64,000 bases of DNA from Moniliella sp. 'wahieum'. Lineage: Eukaryota. Both the position numbers and the translations under genes were made by a program. The DNA lies in NCBI GenBank assembly GCA_003971905.1, contig RSEE01000126.1:1-64000 (forward strand), given 5' to 3'. The notes beneath the pieces were generated by a model. The model worked only from the letters and a program-made list of their open reading frames with translations. It was not told where the DNA came from and searched no databases. Below, one piece after another: positions 1-12,398 of the stretch; position 1 is the stretch's first letter; each line of letters starts with the position of its first letter.

Positions 1-836
1 TCGTCCCCCGTTCTGGCCGCCCCAGCGCAGCGATGAGGGATGAGGCTCATGGCTCGTCCCCAGATGGGCGGCTAGGATTCATCCGCACGAGATGCGATGC
101 GACATGTGGTGCACGGTGCACGATGGACACCAGAAAGAGGGCCGCTAAGTCCAATGGTTTGTCTCCCGTAGATCGGATGTACGGGCACACTGTACGCCAG
201 AACTATATCGTGCCAGAACTATCGTACCAGCAGAGAGTCGGCCTGCAGTGGCGACGAGAGCCGTACCCGCTATACTATCCTTTCCTCGCATCAGTCGTTA
301 TACCCCCGTGTACGCGTCTCGCGTTCGCGTTCTGGGTTCCGCGTTACGCGGTACGCGTTCTACGCCAACTACTCTAGATGGGGCAAGAGACCGCAGCACG
401 CACCTGCTGGACCCGCTCTCTCGGACTGAGTACGGACTACGACGACAGGCGTTAGGTCCTCTTCCCATACGTTCAATCGTGGACCGTGTTGGCCCAAAGG
501 GGAGGCAGGGGGGGGTACCTTACCTTACCGCATTCCCGCGTTACCTTTTTACCCCCGCTACAGTCGACTTCACCCTCAACTTGACTCACTTAACTTCACC
601 TTCCGGTCAACTTGGAGTCGCGAAGCGAATTCGGGTACCACTCACCCCCAGCACCCCCGGCACCCGGCACCCGGCACTCCGCACTCCGCACTTTGTTGCG
701 CTGAAGTGGCAGGACGCACCAGCTGTTGCTCGTCTCAGATCTCAGATCCCATTCCGCGGCTCCCCGCGGCGTCCACACACCCACCTCCAGCTGCGTCGTC
801 TATATAGTACTGGGGTGTTGGGGTGTACGGGCCTGT

Positions 837-910
837 CTGTGGCCTGTGGCCTGTGGCCCGTGGCCTGTGGCCTGTGGCCTGTGGCTTGCTGTGGCCTGTG
901 GCCTGTGGCC
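837..910. repeat. (GTGGCCT)n heptamer tandem repeat, about 10 imperfect copies
   Basis: Read directly: ctgtggcctgtggcctgtggcccgtggcctgtggcc... Confidence 0.95.
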
Positions 911-1774
911 AAGGAATGCAGCACGCGTCTTGCACGTGCTCAGACTAGCGTCTGTCGGGCACGTTGCGTTCGTAGCTAAGTCAGAGGACACAGTCTGAGA
1001 TTCTGAGATTCTCAGCTCGAAGTCTGAGTACTCAGACGAGGCCCACAGTACCTGCAAAGGCAGCCGCGGCGATGGAGAGGCAACGCTATACTTAGTACGC
1101 GCACCCTGCATCTGCCTCTCTGCATTTGCATTTGCTTCTCGGCGCGCACGGATTCATCCACCGTATGTGCGCGCAGCCTCTGAGGGACTGGTAACTGGGC
1201 GGACAGTCAGGAAGTTGACAAATACGTCCGCTCCCAAGTACATTGGGGTCGACCTGGGACGGCCGTGGCACCAGCCGTCCCGCACAGGCGGCAGGGGAGG
1301 GGGGGACTTAAACTTCACGTTAAACGTTACACGTTAGCGTATAACTTTGCTCGGCGTTACGACGCTTGCTCGCGTTACGCGTCCGCGGCGAGGCGTGGCG
1401 GCCCGCGGCAGGGCGGATAACCGGTGATACAACGGACGTAAGCCAGCCGCGAACGAACGCCTCGGCACTAGACACTCGGTACTCGGCACGTGCTCCTTCC
1501 CGTCGGTTGGCGCGTTTGTATCTCAATCTGAGATCTGAATCTCAATCTTGGCTGTCAGAATCTCAGCATCACAGCGAAATCTGAGGCGCAATCGTACCCA
1601 CTTGCCAAGGCACCGTGGATACAGTAGTAATACTAGAGCCACTGCCCAACACCACAGCCGCGAGATAAAAGACGAGTTTGGTTCGCCTTGTCGGCCCATT
1701 CAGCTCTTTATCCTGCGCCTCGCCCTCCCTTCACATTCTCCCCACACTCACTCACACTCTCACATTCACACCGC

Positions 1775-2764
1775 ATGAGATCTTCTTCTGCTGCACTGCG
1801 TCCGGCGAGTGGGTGCTGGTCACGGGCGCCAGTGGGTTTGTCGGATCGCACGTGTGGACCAAGCGCTGAAAGCGGGGCTGAACGTGCGTGCTGCTGTGCG
1901 CACCGAGGCCAAAGCCGATGCGCTGCGCAAGGGCTTTGCGCCCGTCGGGTCCGACCGACTAGAGGTGGTAGTCGTACCGGACATGGCCGCCGAGGGGCGT
2001 ACGCGTCGGCGGTGCAGGGCGTGCAGGGCGTCGCGCACGTCGCGTCCAACCTAACGTTTGGCACTGGGTGGGACATTGTCACGTCCTCCGTCGCGGGCAC
2101 ACAGGGTCTGCTCGACGCTAGCAAAGATGCCAAAACTGTACGTCGCATAGTCGTCACGTCTAGTTCGGTTGCTGTCGCCCCGTCGGACCTGAACGTTTCG
2201 CACCACCTCACCCCGGCCACATGGAACGATGAAGGCTTGGCGCAGGCCAAGACGCAGCCCACTCCGCTCAACATCTATACCGCCAGCAATACCAGGCGGA
2301 AAAAGCCGTGTGGGCGTTCCAGCGCGCCAATCCACACATTGCCGTGTCCACTGTCAATCCCAATTTGGTGCTTGGCAGCGAACTCCCGGGCGCCTCGACA
2401 AATAGCACCAACGTCGCCCTGCACCAGTTGGAAAGGGCGACACGAGCGCCATCAACCTTTTTGGCGGATCGCAATTCTTCGTCAATGCAACCACGTCGCC
2501 CAGCTGCACGTCGAGGCGCTCATCAACCCCACCGTGACCAACGAACGGATCTTGGCTTACCACTCGGCGTTTACTCTACGCAGTCTGGTCCACGCCGTGC
2601 TCAAGGCCGTGCCGCACGCACCCCTCGTCGCCACCTGGCAGTCCCTCCCCGACTTGGACGCTAAAGATCTCAACACGGTCGACAATTCTCGCTTTCTCTC
2701 CTTGCTGGGCGACCGGGTCGTAGGCCTCGACGAGACCGTCGCGCAATCACTTGCGTCGCCCTAA
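1775..2764 (+). CDS. NAD(P)-dependent epimerase/dehydratase-family aldehyde reductase (extended SDR, Gre2/ARII-like), copy 1; frameshifted in assembly
   Basis: Across frames: VLVTGASGFVGSHV (GxxGxxG), GVAHVAS, RRIVVTSS, YTAS(K) with a 1-nt deletion, STVNPNLVLG, VAQLHVEAL; TAA at 2762-2764. Colinear with the copy at 25529. Confidence 0.88.
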   Translation: MRSSSAALRPASGCWSRAPVGLSDRTCGPSAESGAERACCCAHRGQSRCAAQGLCARRVRPTRGGSRTGHGRRGAYASAVQGVQGVAHVASNLTFGTGWDIVTSSVAGTQGLLDASKDAKTVRRIVVTSSSVAVAPSDLNVSHHLTPATWNDEGLAQAKTQPTPLNIYTASNTRRKKPCGRSSAPIHTLPCPLSIPIWCLAANSRAPRQIAPTSPCTSWKGRHERHQPFWRIAILRQCNHVAQLHVEALINPTVTNERILAYHSAFTLRSLVHAVLKAVPHAPLVATWQSLPDLDAKDLNTVDNSRFLSLLGDRVVGLDETVAQSLASP

Positions 2765-4689
2765 GTTGCTCACTTGCTCACTTGATCACTTGATCACTTG
2801 CTCACGTGCGGCCTTCCTATCTTACTATACTGCGCCACCGTTGGACCCGCCCTTTACAAGCATTTTTGTCAGTACTAAGGGGGTCTTCCGCTGGTATTCA
2901 ATACATGTTGCTCCTTTCAGGTCCCAATTGCTGCTATCCCTCTCCCGCCTGGCATGTGCGAACCCCGGTTGCGATTAGTGAGGGAACCGTCCGTAGAATG
3001 GTATGATGGTAAAATGGTAAAAGTGGTTATCCCGCTTTTCTGTAGAGGCAGAGGCACGGCACGCACGGCACGCACGGCAAGACACACCAGTAGTTTGTTA
3101 TGTACCCGCTGGAGGATGCGTCGGGAGGTTCATACTACAGAACTGTGAGAGGGGAGGGGAAAGGAAGGGCGGAAGTGGATGAGGTGCAAGCAAATAAATG
3201 CGCCGCTGAGTCCATGGGCCACAAAGGACGTAAACAGTGCCGGAACAGAACCGAAGCTTCGCTCAAGACCCTCATTGATCTCACTGGAAACTTAATTCAC
3301 TCTGAAGCCGAAGTCTGAATAACTCATCCCAAAAAGAAGATCTGTAGTGTGACTACGAGGGACGAGTGGTTGTTGATGAGACCTGGAGTCCGGATGGTCC
3401 TCGAGGGTGATGCAATCGCACTGATGGTGGTAGTGATGGTCTAAGCCAACCAGCAACGCCTACTGAGGAACATCAAACAGCGAGTCGCCACCAGGGGCTA
3501 AGCTGCGGAACAAGGAAAAACGGAGAGAAAAATAACGGAACTCCTAAGCCTGAGGAGGAACTGAAGGGACATTGGCCAAAGCACGAGCCACCCGGTGGCT
3601 CAACAGTTGTTCCTGGATCTGAAGGTTGCCTGTACCGAGGTAACAGCACAGCTTTGGCGCAATGAGACTTTGTGGAAGAACTACATTTTGTGATGTAGCA
3701 TAGCACGATTTGACTGCCTACCCTTTTGTACCAATTCTTTCATGACCCTTGCTCTCACATCCTCCTTTTCTGACGTATTCTACTTTGTACAGAGAGCCTA
3801 TGCTCATGAGATCATATCCCCGACTAGCACAGCATCGCTTTCACCTACTCAGAGAACAGAAACCGTCTCTTGTCAGGTCTTCACTGTTGCACAGTTGACT
3901 TTCAGTAGTTTCCCCTTGATTTCTACTCCCTCCTTAAAGGGCATCGTCAGTGTGAACACCTCCCCATGCGATAAGAACCTTGAATTTTGAAAAGGCATCG
4001 TCTTACCCGGATGAGCGATTTTATCGTTGAATTTGAATAAGAGGCTACCGTGTGCATTGGTTGTAAGATAGGCGGTTCTAAGATCATCATCGTAGGAGAT
4101 GCACAAAATATGTGTTTTCAACTTGAACCCGACAGAATTTATTGGATGCTTGGCAATGAAAAAATGACCCCGAAACCCGGTTGCTGGTGTCGATCAACTA
4201 ATACACACATCTGGGTGTGCTAGGTGTAACTCCCTGAACAGCTCTCAGCTGTTCAAGGACGCTTGCCCAGCGGGGCAGAAGAAATACCGCTCGCAGGCTG
4301 CCCACCCCTCGCACCGTCTTCCTCCTGTCTCTCTTCACTTCGTAGTTTTAACCCGTTCCTTGAAGCCCTGTGGCTAACCACTTTGCCTTCACGCCTAGAG
4401 CTGTGTTGCTGAAAGCTGATGCATCGGATCGCCAGTGCTCCCCATCTTGCACTTTAGGAGTATCGGAATTGTATCAATCATTCCTATATTTTAACGTACC
4501 GATGCAATTGATCATGCAAAACGCGCTGCATAAGACGATAGCCGTTCATTCCCGTCGTCATGCATTGAAAAAAATCACTATGCACTGATACAGAACCTGA
4601 TATTTACTAGAATACAGCTAGGGAACACTATGAGTAACACAAAAGAAAATGTCCAAGGCGAACGACAAGGCTGGCTACACAGCGGATTT

Positions 4690-4845
4690 CAAAAAGAGGT
4701 AAAAGATATCAGCGATGTCAGGGAGCTGACATCGGCGACGTGTTTGCATGGTTTTGAGGAAAATGATGTCAGCGACGTCGAAAAGAGGTCGTTGATGTCA
4801 GCGACGGCGCAAAAGAGGTCGTTGATATCAATGATGTGCAGCGCG
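4690..4845. repeat. Array of GAYRTC motifs at 9-bp spacing (30-bp higher-order unit) ending in TGATGTGCAGCGCG
   Basis: gatatc-agc-gatgtc, gacatc-ggc-gacgtg, gatgtc-agc-gacgtc, and aaaagaggtcgttgat twice. Confidence 0.8.
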
Positions 4846-5357
4846 GGGGGCCAACTGCCGGCTACATGTGAAACTTTGCATCGTTTCAAAATCGCACCCG
4901 GCCACACCATTTCGTGTCTTCTCCTAGCAAATGCTACCATCAGAACCACCTAGTCAACACGCGTCCTTCCTATACGCGCTCACGGTAGCTGGCCAACGGC
5001 ATGGATTCGATTTCGCGTCGCACGGAAGGGTGTGCTCTACGGGGACATGCGTATTCAGATTAGCCAGGGAGCATCGGCAATTAATGTGGCTAAGATCTAG
5101 CCGTCACAGGTAAAAGGAACCTCATTTCATGTGGACCAAAAGGCAGGCCATGCGAGACAATATTGTGCCTTCTGATAGGGGTTTGGCTCATCAGGAACCC
5201 ATCCTGCGCCTAGTGCTGCTTGGGCGCCGGGAACGCAGGGACGACTGGTGCAGCCCGGCTGAAGATAGGCTTTTGTTTTGGTCCTTCACATTACTTTGAC
5301 CCCGCAAACGAAAGCCATGAAACGTCTGTATTAGGTTCTCTGTGCAAACTGACGAGG

Positions 5358-5744
5358 TCATCGAGAGTCGGTCCTCCTGATAAACCCATAGTCGGACAGG
5401 CGCGTTTGAGAGGTGGGTCTGAAATCGAAATCCGTCAAGCGAGACTGTCTCCAAGAGGGTAGGCTGTCGTATACGCGGACTTGACACTTCTTCACCATCT
5501 CTTCTTCTTGTTCCATCAGGTCACTGTGTGTGCTCGTGAGCCAACCATCTGATTCCGCTTCCGCGTTGGCTCCGACAACAGTAAGGTGTTGGATGAGGTC
5601 GGAGCTTGGGCCCCACTGGTCCGTGTAGTATAGGCGTCCTTCATCGCAGTGTTCCGACTCGGCCTGATATTCATTGGACCAGATCAATTGTCGGTGGTCA
5701 CAGAATGACCCTGACCCCGTCGAACGGACCGTAGCGAACGACAC
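5358..5744 (-). CDS. Hypothetical protein fragment with two PIP-box-like motifs
   Basis: ORF contains QSRLTDFDF and QTRLSDYGF 13 aa apart; no other recognisable homology. Confidence 0.25.
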   Translation of the reverse strand: MSFATVRSTGSGSFCDHRQLIWSNEYQAESEHCDEGRLYYTDQWGPSSDLIQHLTVVGANAEAESDGWLTSTHSDLMEQEEEMVKKCQVRVYDSLPSWRQSRLTDFDFRPTSQTRLSDYGFIRRTDSR

Positions 5745-6281
5745 CAGTTCGACAATGAATACGGCTAACGACAGGTTTTACTTTTGCGGACCGGCATGCC
5801 CTTCAACTGTTCCTTGACGCAAAACTCCACCTTTTGCTTAATGAACGCGGTGTTGCGTGTGCGATCTGTCCCAATGTCCCGGAAGATTGTCATTGGAAGT
5901 CTCCGCTCATCAGCTGGCCGTCTGGCAAATAATAAAGGCGATGTGCAGAGTCACGTCGCGTCGCGCCAGCAGAGGCCCAGGGAAGTACCGATGCCCAGTA
6001 GCTCCCCCTATAAAGGTGACCGGCTAGAGATAAACGTGAGCGTGCCAACATACGCGCTTGTATAGTTAGAGCACAGTCGTCTCGCTTGGCACGTCGCGAG
6101 CCGGATGGTGAAGTGGGATTCGCGTTAATCCATCCACCCCATCTTGCGGGTGGAGATCATCTGAGACATCACACATAGTCAACGTGGGAACGGTGAAAAG
6201 ATATTATTTTCCCACTCCAGCGTGGCATGGTTCCAGCGTGGAACGGTGGCTAAGGTGGCGACGCAGCAATAGCTAATCTCA

Positions 6282-7051
6282 TCAGTGACAGAACCAGTTC
6301 GGCGAGCTCTCGCCGCATAGACCTTTTGGTAACCATAACTGGGTGATGTTGATGACGGCAATGAACGGATTCGTAAAGGGTGCGAACATATTGCTATCAA
6401 TCGGGCCGTGGTGACGTATTATTGTTTCCGACAGATCCTCAAATACAGAGATGGAGACTGCAAAGGAGTGCGTCTTCTTGTGAGGCATCAGACTTGTGTG
6501 CGCGCCGAGTTGATCGCCGCTCTGGCTTGGATCCGGCCTGAGGATCAACTGCCGCTTCGGGTTCGGTCGGCGGGCCAGCCGACTGAGCAATTCCTGTTTC
6601 AACGTTGTCCTCCATCCAAACATCTTCCACATCACCATTCTGCGTGGGAGAAGCAGGGACGATCCAGAGAGGGGCCGATGGGGCAATTGAGGGGAGGCCA
6701 CGTCTGACATCCTGTCAGATGGGTCAGCCGAGATCGTGGTTAGCTCTTGCTGGTTGGAACCAGCTGAGATCGTGCTCGCGCGCCGGCGTGCATGGAGTCG
6801 GAACAATGCCTTCTGCAGTATGCGGTGGTGCAGGTGGCTTATTGGACGCAAGCCGGTGTGCCCGGTGCGATCATGGTGACGTAGAACGTCCCTGTGTCGA
6901 AAAGCCGAGTACGGCATCGACCACATCCGGTGCACATCCAATAATCCCTGACAATGCTGGACATGCTTCCAGCCAAATAGCTGGAGCAGGAGTTGGAGGA
7001 GTGAGGGCACCAGTACGTCGGTGCCGATACATTCAATGCCAGGTTACCCAC
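6282..7051 (-). CDS. Hypothetical protein exon(s), possibly with degenerate C2H2 zinc fingers
   Basis: Acceptor-like ctaat...cgcag just upstream on the minus strand. YWCPHSSNSC and WMCTGCGRC in one frame; AFRHRDVLRHHDRTGH in the adjacent frame. Needs frameshift correction. Confidence 0.3.
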
Positions 7052-7981
7052 TGCGAGCGTTATTAGAATGTGTCAATCGACCTTCACTGTTGGCCTGATT
7101 AATGATTGCTTCGATCTGGCCAAACACTCACTGAGTACGCAACCTTATTCGCCGATCATCGATCATCCAGCGACAGTTGCCTACACCTGTCAACACATGT
7201 TACACATATGTCACGGGCGTAGATTGAAGTCCGGCGGAGCCTACGCGCGCCTTTCAACTTACTAGTAACCCCATCCCCAGGTTGGTCATGGGGCCAGATT
7301 CAATCTGGAAACACGATAGTCTCCCGGTACCCTTTTGCATTATACCTTGCTACGTAGGTTGCCCATGCGGCAACCGCCCTCCTTGTTTTCCCCAGTCCCC
7401 CGTTTTCTTCTCTATATATGCTGCACAGCCTTGCCACACTTGCAGCCCCGCCTCTGTTATAAGCCCAGAGGCCTCTCCTTGTCCCTAGCCCCGCTCAGAC
7501 CCTGGCACCAATCAGCCCAAGCGTGTAACTGTCGTGAGTCACCTTATAGGATGATCTCCCTGATGGATTGTACCACTTAACCACCCCCGGGCCCCCTGGC
7601 AGCGCCCACCCTTACACTGCCTGGTGCAGAGAATGGTGGGCGCAGCTTTTTCCCTGCAGCCACAGCGCCCCAGTGGTTTTTCAGTTAGGACCCTCTGGCT
7701 ATCCAAATCCGGCCACGGGCAAAAGGACTTTCCTAGTGCATTGTATGGAGCCCCCCGCATGTGAGTGGCGCAATCTCCTCTACCCCCATACTGTAGCCCA
7801 CACTTGACAAAAAGAGCCATCCAGCCCCCCTGGTCCTGCCTCTTTCCACATACACCCACCAGCATCGCTCGCCGCGGTTCAAACAGAGTAAATGCAACAG
7901 CCCACCCATGCAATGCTCGCGTGAACACCTCTCGCGGACGCAGCAACATCGCCGGTGCCGCCCACACCCGTACCGCGAACA

Positions 7982-9644
7982 ATGAGCGAGGTCGCCAGGC
8001 AGCCGAAATGGACGAACCGACATGGACGAGCCTGCCCCCAACCGGACTCGCCGCCCCGCCTTCATCCTGACGGTCCCTGAGCCAGCAACGACGACGATGA
8101 AGGCGCGCAGGCAAATGGTCCGGAAGCTGTCGATCAAAATGACGCAAGCGATCCAGAAGATCACCCCCATGCCCCTGAGGGCGTGCGGGATGCCATGGAC
8201 CAACATAATGGGGAACCTTGGCTGCAAGCGCTTCAAAGTCTGTGTGCTGAACTTAGGAACGACGTCAACGCCACCAGGAGTGAAGTCCGCGCCACCAGGA
8301 GTGAATTCCATGCCGCCCTCCAACAACAAAGAACGATACAGTTGGATATGATTTCCGATCTGGCCTTGCGTCGCGAGCACGACGAGATGGACCGCTTGTT
8401 TGGAGACTTGAGACGTACTGTGATGCGTCACGACACGGACATCAATGACCTTAATGACCGAGTCCGCAACCCGGACAATGCGGCCGACGTGGAACACAAC
8501 AGCACGGTTGAGCGGGTCAGTATCACCACAGGTATCATATACCACATCACCGCCCCCTCATGCACACAAAGCACACTCACTGACCTAACGTACATATGTT
8601 CTTTTTGCGTCTGACAGCGATACTTGATCAACGACCTCGTCTGGGTTTGCTTCCTGTTCAAGGCACCCTGGAAGGGCCAGCGAATGGTCGACTTCGTTCG
8701 TAAGTTCGCCAGAGAGCACGTTACTGATGGTGGTCTAGAGGCCACCGCTCTCGAGATCAACCCTACTAGACCAGCGTTGAACAGGGACACAGACCGCTAC
8801 ATCCAGAGGCGGGTAACGCTCAACAAATGCTATTTGAAAGAGGTGCGTTAACCCAAACGCCGAAGCCATCTATTACTAACAATAACACATCGTCCAGTTG
8901 CCGGAGAGCATGCACCGTACCGATCAAGGAAACGGAACGCGCACAATTGAAGACTTTCAGGCTGAGTTCGTGCGTCATAGGTTTCCCGTCTACTTTCGCA
9001 GCCTCTCCCCGGGAGAGCTCACTGTCGCCAAGGAGCGCGTCCGAATCCTGGTACGTACTGGCCCCGCCTTTTCACGCGTGCTCTCCTCGCAATATGGCCA
9101 CAATAACTTATCTCTCACCCGTTCTCATCAAAAGCGCTTCTGTTGCTATGCACCGAACGACATTGACTTCCGGAGGGAAATGGATCGTGTCTCACAACAT
9201 CTTCGCAACTTCCCTGACCCATCTGCCCTGTGCACAGTCTTGCTCAACCAGAGTCTGAACCGCGGCAGGCGCTGCGATGACATATTCAGTGCCATCACTG
9301 TCTCATCGTCCGATCATAAGTACGTCGCCACCCCGTTGTCGTCCAGCAGGTCATCTGACTTTTTTCACACATCTCGCCCCGCAAGCTATCTACTGGGCTG
9401 GACAAGTGCATGGGAGAATTTCGAGGGCATTGCGGACACGCATCTTCCGCAAGGTAACCCTGAAATTTGTACTGCCTGGCATGCGACCCGTGCAAAAATC
9501 ACCCACCTCCGTCACATCGCAGTAACCCGGGCACAAATAACAGACGAAGAGGATGCAGGGGACAACCAAGGCACTGCAGTCAACCTCTTTGACGCAGAGG
9601 GCACGGACGACGACCGCACAGACGACTCTGAGACTGAAGAGTAA
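7982..9644 (+). CDS. Multi-exon hypothetical protein with N-terminal coiled coil and acidic tail (start approximate)
   Basis: ORFs 8183-, 8624- and 8898- join in frame through phase-0 GT..AG introns at 8516-8617 and 8843-8897 (CTAAC branch sites); probable third intron 9051-9134. Heptad-like LQSLCAELRNDVNATRSEVRATRSEF. Confidence 0.65.
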
Positions 9645-9850
9645 TTTGGCGGCTATACATTCCAAAGACCTCTCAATGGCAAGCCCCCAAGTCCATATTG
9701 ACCCATCGCAATGCAAAAAAGTACCCTCGAAGACGATTGCACTGCATTCGATGGTGCTAGAATGAGTAGTAGTATAAAATGTAATACCAATAGTAACCCA
9801 GGGAGAGCGAGCATAGGAGGATCAGATTCGTCAGATACGTCGCCCAAGGG

Positions 9851-9980
9851 CACGTCAACGACGTTTCTGATGTTCAAGGGGGTGACGTCGGCGACGTTTC
9901 TGACGTTCAAGGGGGAGACATCGAGGACATATCTGACGTTCAGGGTGGTGACATCGGCGACGTCACTGACGTGCAGCGCG
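9851..9980. repeat. Four 33-bp units, each with three GAYRTY motifs at 9-bp spacing, ending in TGACGTGCAGCGCG
   Basis: cacgtcaacgacgtttctgatgttcaagggggt / gacgtcggcgacgtttctgacgttcaaggggga / gacatcgaggacatatctgacgttcagggtggt / gacatcggcgacgtcactgacgtgcagcgcg. Confidence 0.9.
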
Positions 9981-12398
9981 CTGGCAGAATTGTCTCACCC
10001 ACGGCAAATTACTCCTCTGACCTTTTTTATATCAAAAACATAAATGATGTCTTTTGGTGATCCGCTGTGTATTCAGCCGATACAAGTCATTTGATATACA
10101 CCATTGCAAAGTGCAGCATTAGAATCGGGGATGCAGACAGCCATAAGTTATTAGGAGACTGCAGGAGTACCGTAGCACTCGTAGCTATCATTACTGTAGA
10201 GAGCACCTCTTTATTTAAAGGGGCATGCAGATGTAGTGATTGATCACGACATCCGAGTCGATCGCTTGCACGCTGCAGACCGATGTGACCGACAGGCGTA
10301 ATTATTTCATGAGGCCTGAAAAGGAGCTTACGTCCTCTCTAGCACTATCCTATCCTGCCGAGATGGGATAGTTGCATTGGTAGCGATAATCAACAGTCCA
10401 CAACATTTGTAGGCATGATGACCGTTTGACGGAGGAATGGACAAAGAACAAGAAAGACCAAATGGAATCCTCTACTGTACGTTTAATGATTCGGAGGTAG
10501 CCGATCGTTGAACGCTCGAGGCCAACCACCAAACGGTAATTGGGTGATGGTGATAATTGTTGCCAAAGTCAAGCCACCTTGATCGAGTTGTAGGGATAGT
10601 CTCGTCCATGCACGCGCTTCATTGCAAGAACTTGTGATAAGGTATCCAATAACTGCTCACTCGAGTGCAAGGGTTGCCTCTTCTCCGTAAAACACCATTA
10701 TTATGATGGACAAGGATGTTGTTCGTCACATTCACTCCCGCTTCAGCCCCACCCAAATGTACCAACGCTGAGATTGGGGGTATAATCTGTTGACATCCGT
10801 CCTAGGACCGCGCGGACCCTGAGTCACGTGAGTCAGTTGTCATTCCTTCCGAGCTCGCACCTGTCTTCTGGACGAGTCAGTCGCAGAAGCTTCTTAGTCC
10901 AACACGACGTTCAGTGCTCACATTCTGTGGTAGTAGCGAGGCCGACATAATCCGTACATATCTGGACATCTCTAGAACGGTAGAGCTTGTCTTGTGGGAA
11001 ATGGTGGTTGGGAGTTGCGTTTTATACCTTGGAGGATCACTTGAAGACAGGCAAGTGAAACTGAAATATCTCGTTCCGTTTGGGGCTGCGGGAAAGCAGA
11101 ATTCGAGCTATCTTTCACCACCCACGCAGGTTTAGCTCGGCCTCTGGTTTATCATGGAGCGTATAAACCAAGGTGGCGGCCGCGATAACTTCCCTGAACG
11201 CTGAACATATTCGCTCCGTCACGAGCTCATGTGCAAATGTCTGTCGGAAACCCCACGGGGAATCCGAATTGGGTGAGTAACTAGTAGTCCCTGGGCTATG
11301 TGAGTTCAGCACGTCTGAATTGGCGCCCACCTTAAGGGTGACCCCTGTTGGGAAATTGTCGCGGGCCTCCGACTCTTCAAATAATTAATTGCAAGAACTT
11401 GGGCCCATCCTTTATTTTATTTACACCATTCAGCGCCTCGAAGCGAAGCTATTTCCTTGTGCCCACCAATTGGGTTGATTGTCCCATTCCATCGTCCGAT
11501 CTGTGTCACGCCATTGTATGAGGTGTTCATACCACAAAGTGGCCGGAATTTCTCGGCTCCATATCATACGCGGCACATAGACAGCCAAAGCGAGATCTAC
11601 GTGACATGTTGACAATAGCTCCTTCATCTCAACAATCGCTTAAAGCGATTTTTTGGCAGAAACTATAGAAATGGACAAACAACGTCTTGATGGCTGGACA
11701 TGTGCTCTACCTAAAAGAATGGCCCGGCCTTGCACTTCCTTCTTATTCAACAGGCTCGTTTATTCTCGATGCACGGTAATGCAGATGGACAACTTGAAGC
11801 GACGCAACCAGTAAAGAGAAGATAATAGGCACGGCACATCTGTCTTCGCAGTTCCCATACAAACAATTTGGTGCCACCATCGCGTCCCCCAACTTCCACG
11901 TCGGGGGAAAGGGCGATCATTGCGGCCCGCATACGTAGATCCGATGACCACTTAGGACATGGCACCAGGTGGTTAAGGTTGGGAACCAGCTCTGGTGCAC
12001 TTGGTAAAAAAAAAGACAGCTACAGCTCGGTCTCGATTAAAGATTAGACCAGATTCGACTCACCTCTAACGATGATTTCTTCCGCTTTCTCAAGGAGAAA
12101 GGGGATCGCATTATGGTTGGCCATTGACCAATCATGGTTCAAAGTCTGGAAGGCGAAGACAGCCCTGAGGCTCGGCCATGCTTCTCCAACCCCGTCGTTT
12201 CGCCCGTAACAGCGAAGGTCGCTCATGAGGCTGGTGCCATTAACCACTGAACCCATAGCAACAGGGCAGCTCCTCGTCTGGTGTAACTACACCATACATA
12301 TTACTTGTGGTATAAAAGATGGTATCGTACGGTCTGTCGCGGAGGGCGAAAACATACTACCCTGATGCGAATCTCGGTACCGAAAAAGACCTGACGGG

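Larger units (their letters stand above)
4522..9980. mobile_element. Possible DNA-transposon-like unit or remnant; no transposase recognised
   Basis: cgcgctgca at 4522-4530 is inverted relative to tgcagcgcg at 4837-4845 and 9972-9980. Both right-hand copies follow related GAYRTY arrays. Encloses divergent orphan genes. No target-site duplication found. Confidence 0.3.

Noticed and set aside
3873..4121. Possible FHA-like beta-rich domain fragment
   Set aside because: The diagnostic GR, SxxH and NG motifs are not present.
4630..4953. Kex2-processed repeat-peptide or pheromone precursor (EKRSL..QKRSL)
   Set aside because: No signal peptide or CaaX. The repeats are better explained by palindromic DNA motifs that read similarly on both strands, and the sister array at 9851 has no ATG-initiated frame for the equivalent peptide.
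6026..7045. Inverted peptide similarity LEINVSVPTY (+, ~6026) versus LALNVSAPTY (-, ~7040)
   Set aside because: Only about ten residues, no flanking similarity, and the plus-strand copy stops three codons later; chance cannot be excluded.
9851..9980. CRISPR array
   Set aside because: Units are contiguous degenerate repeats with no unique spacers; eukaryotic context and no cas genes.
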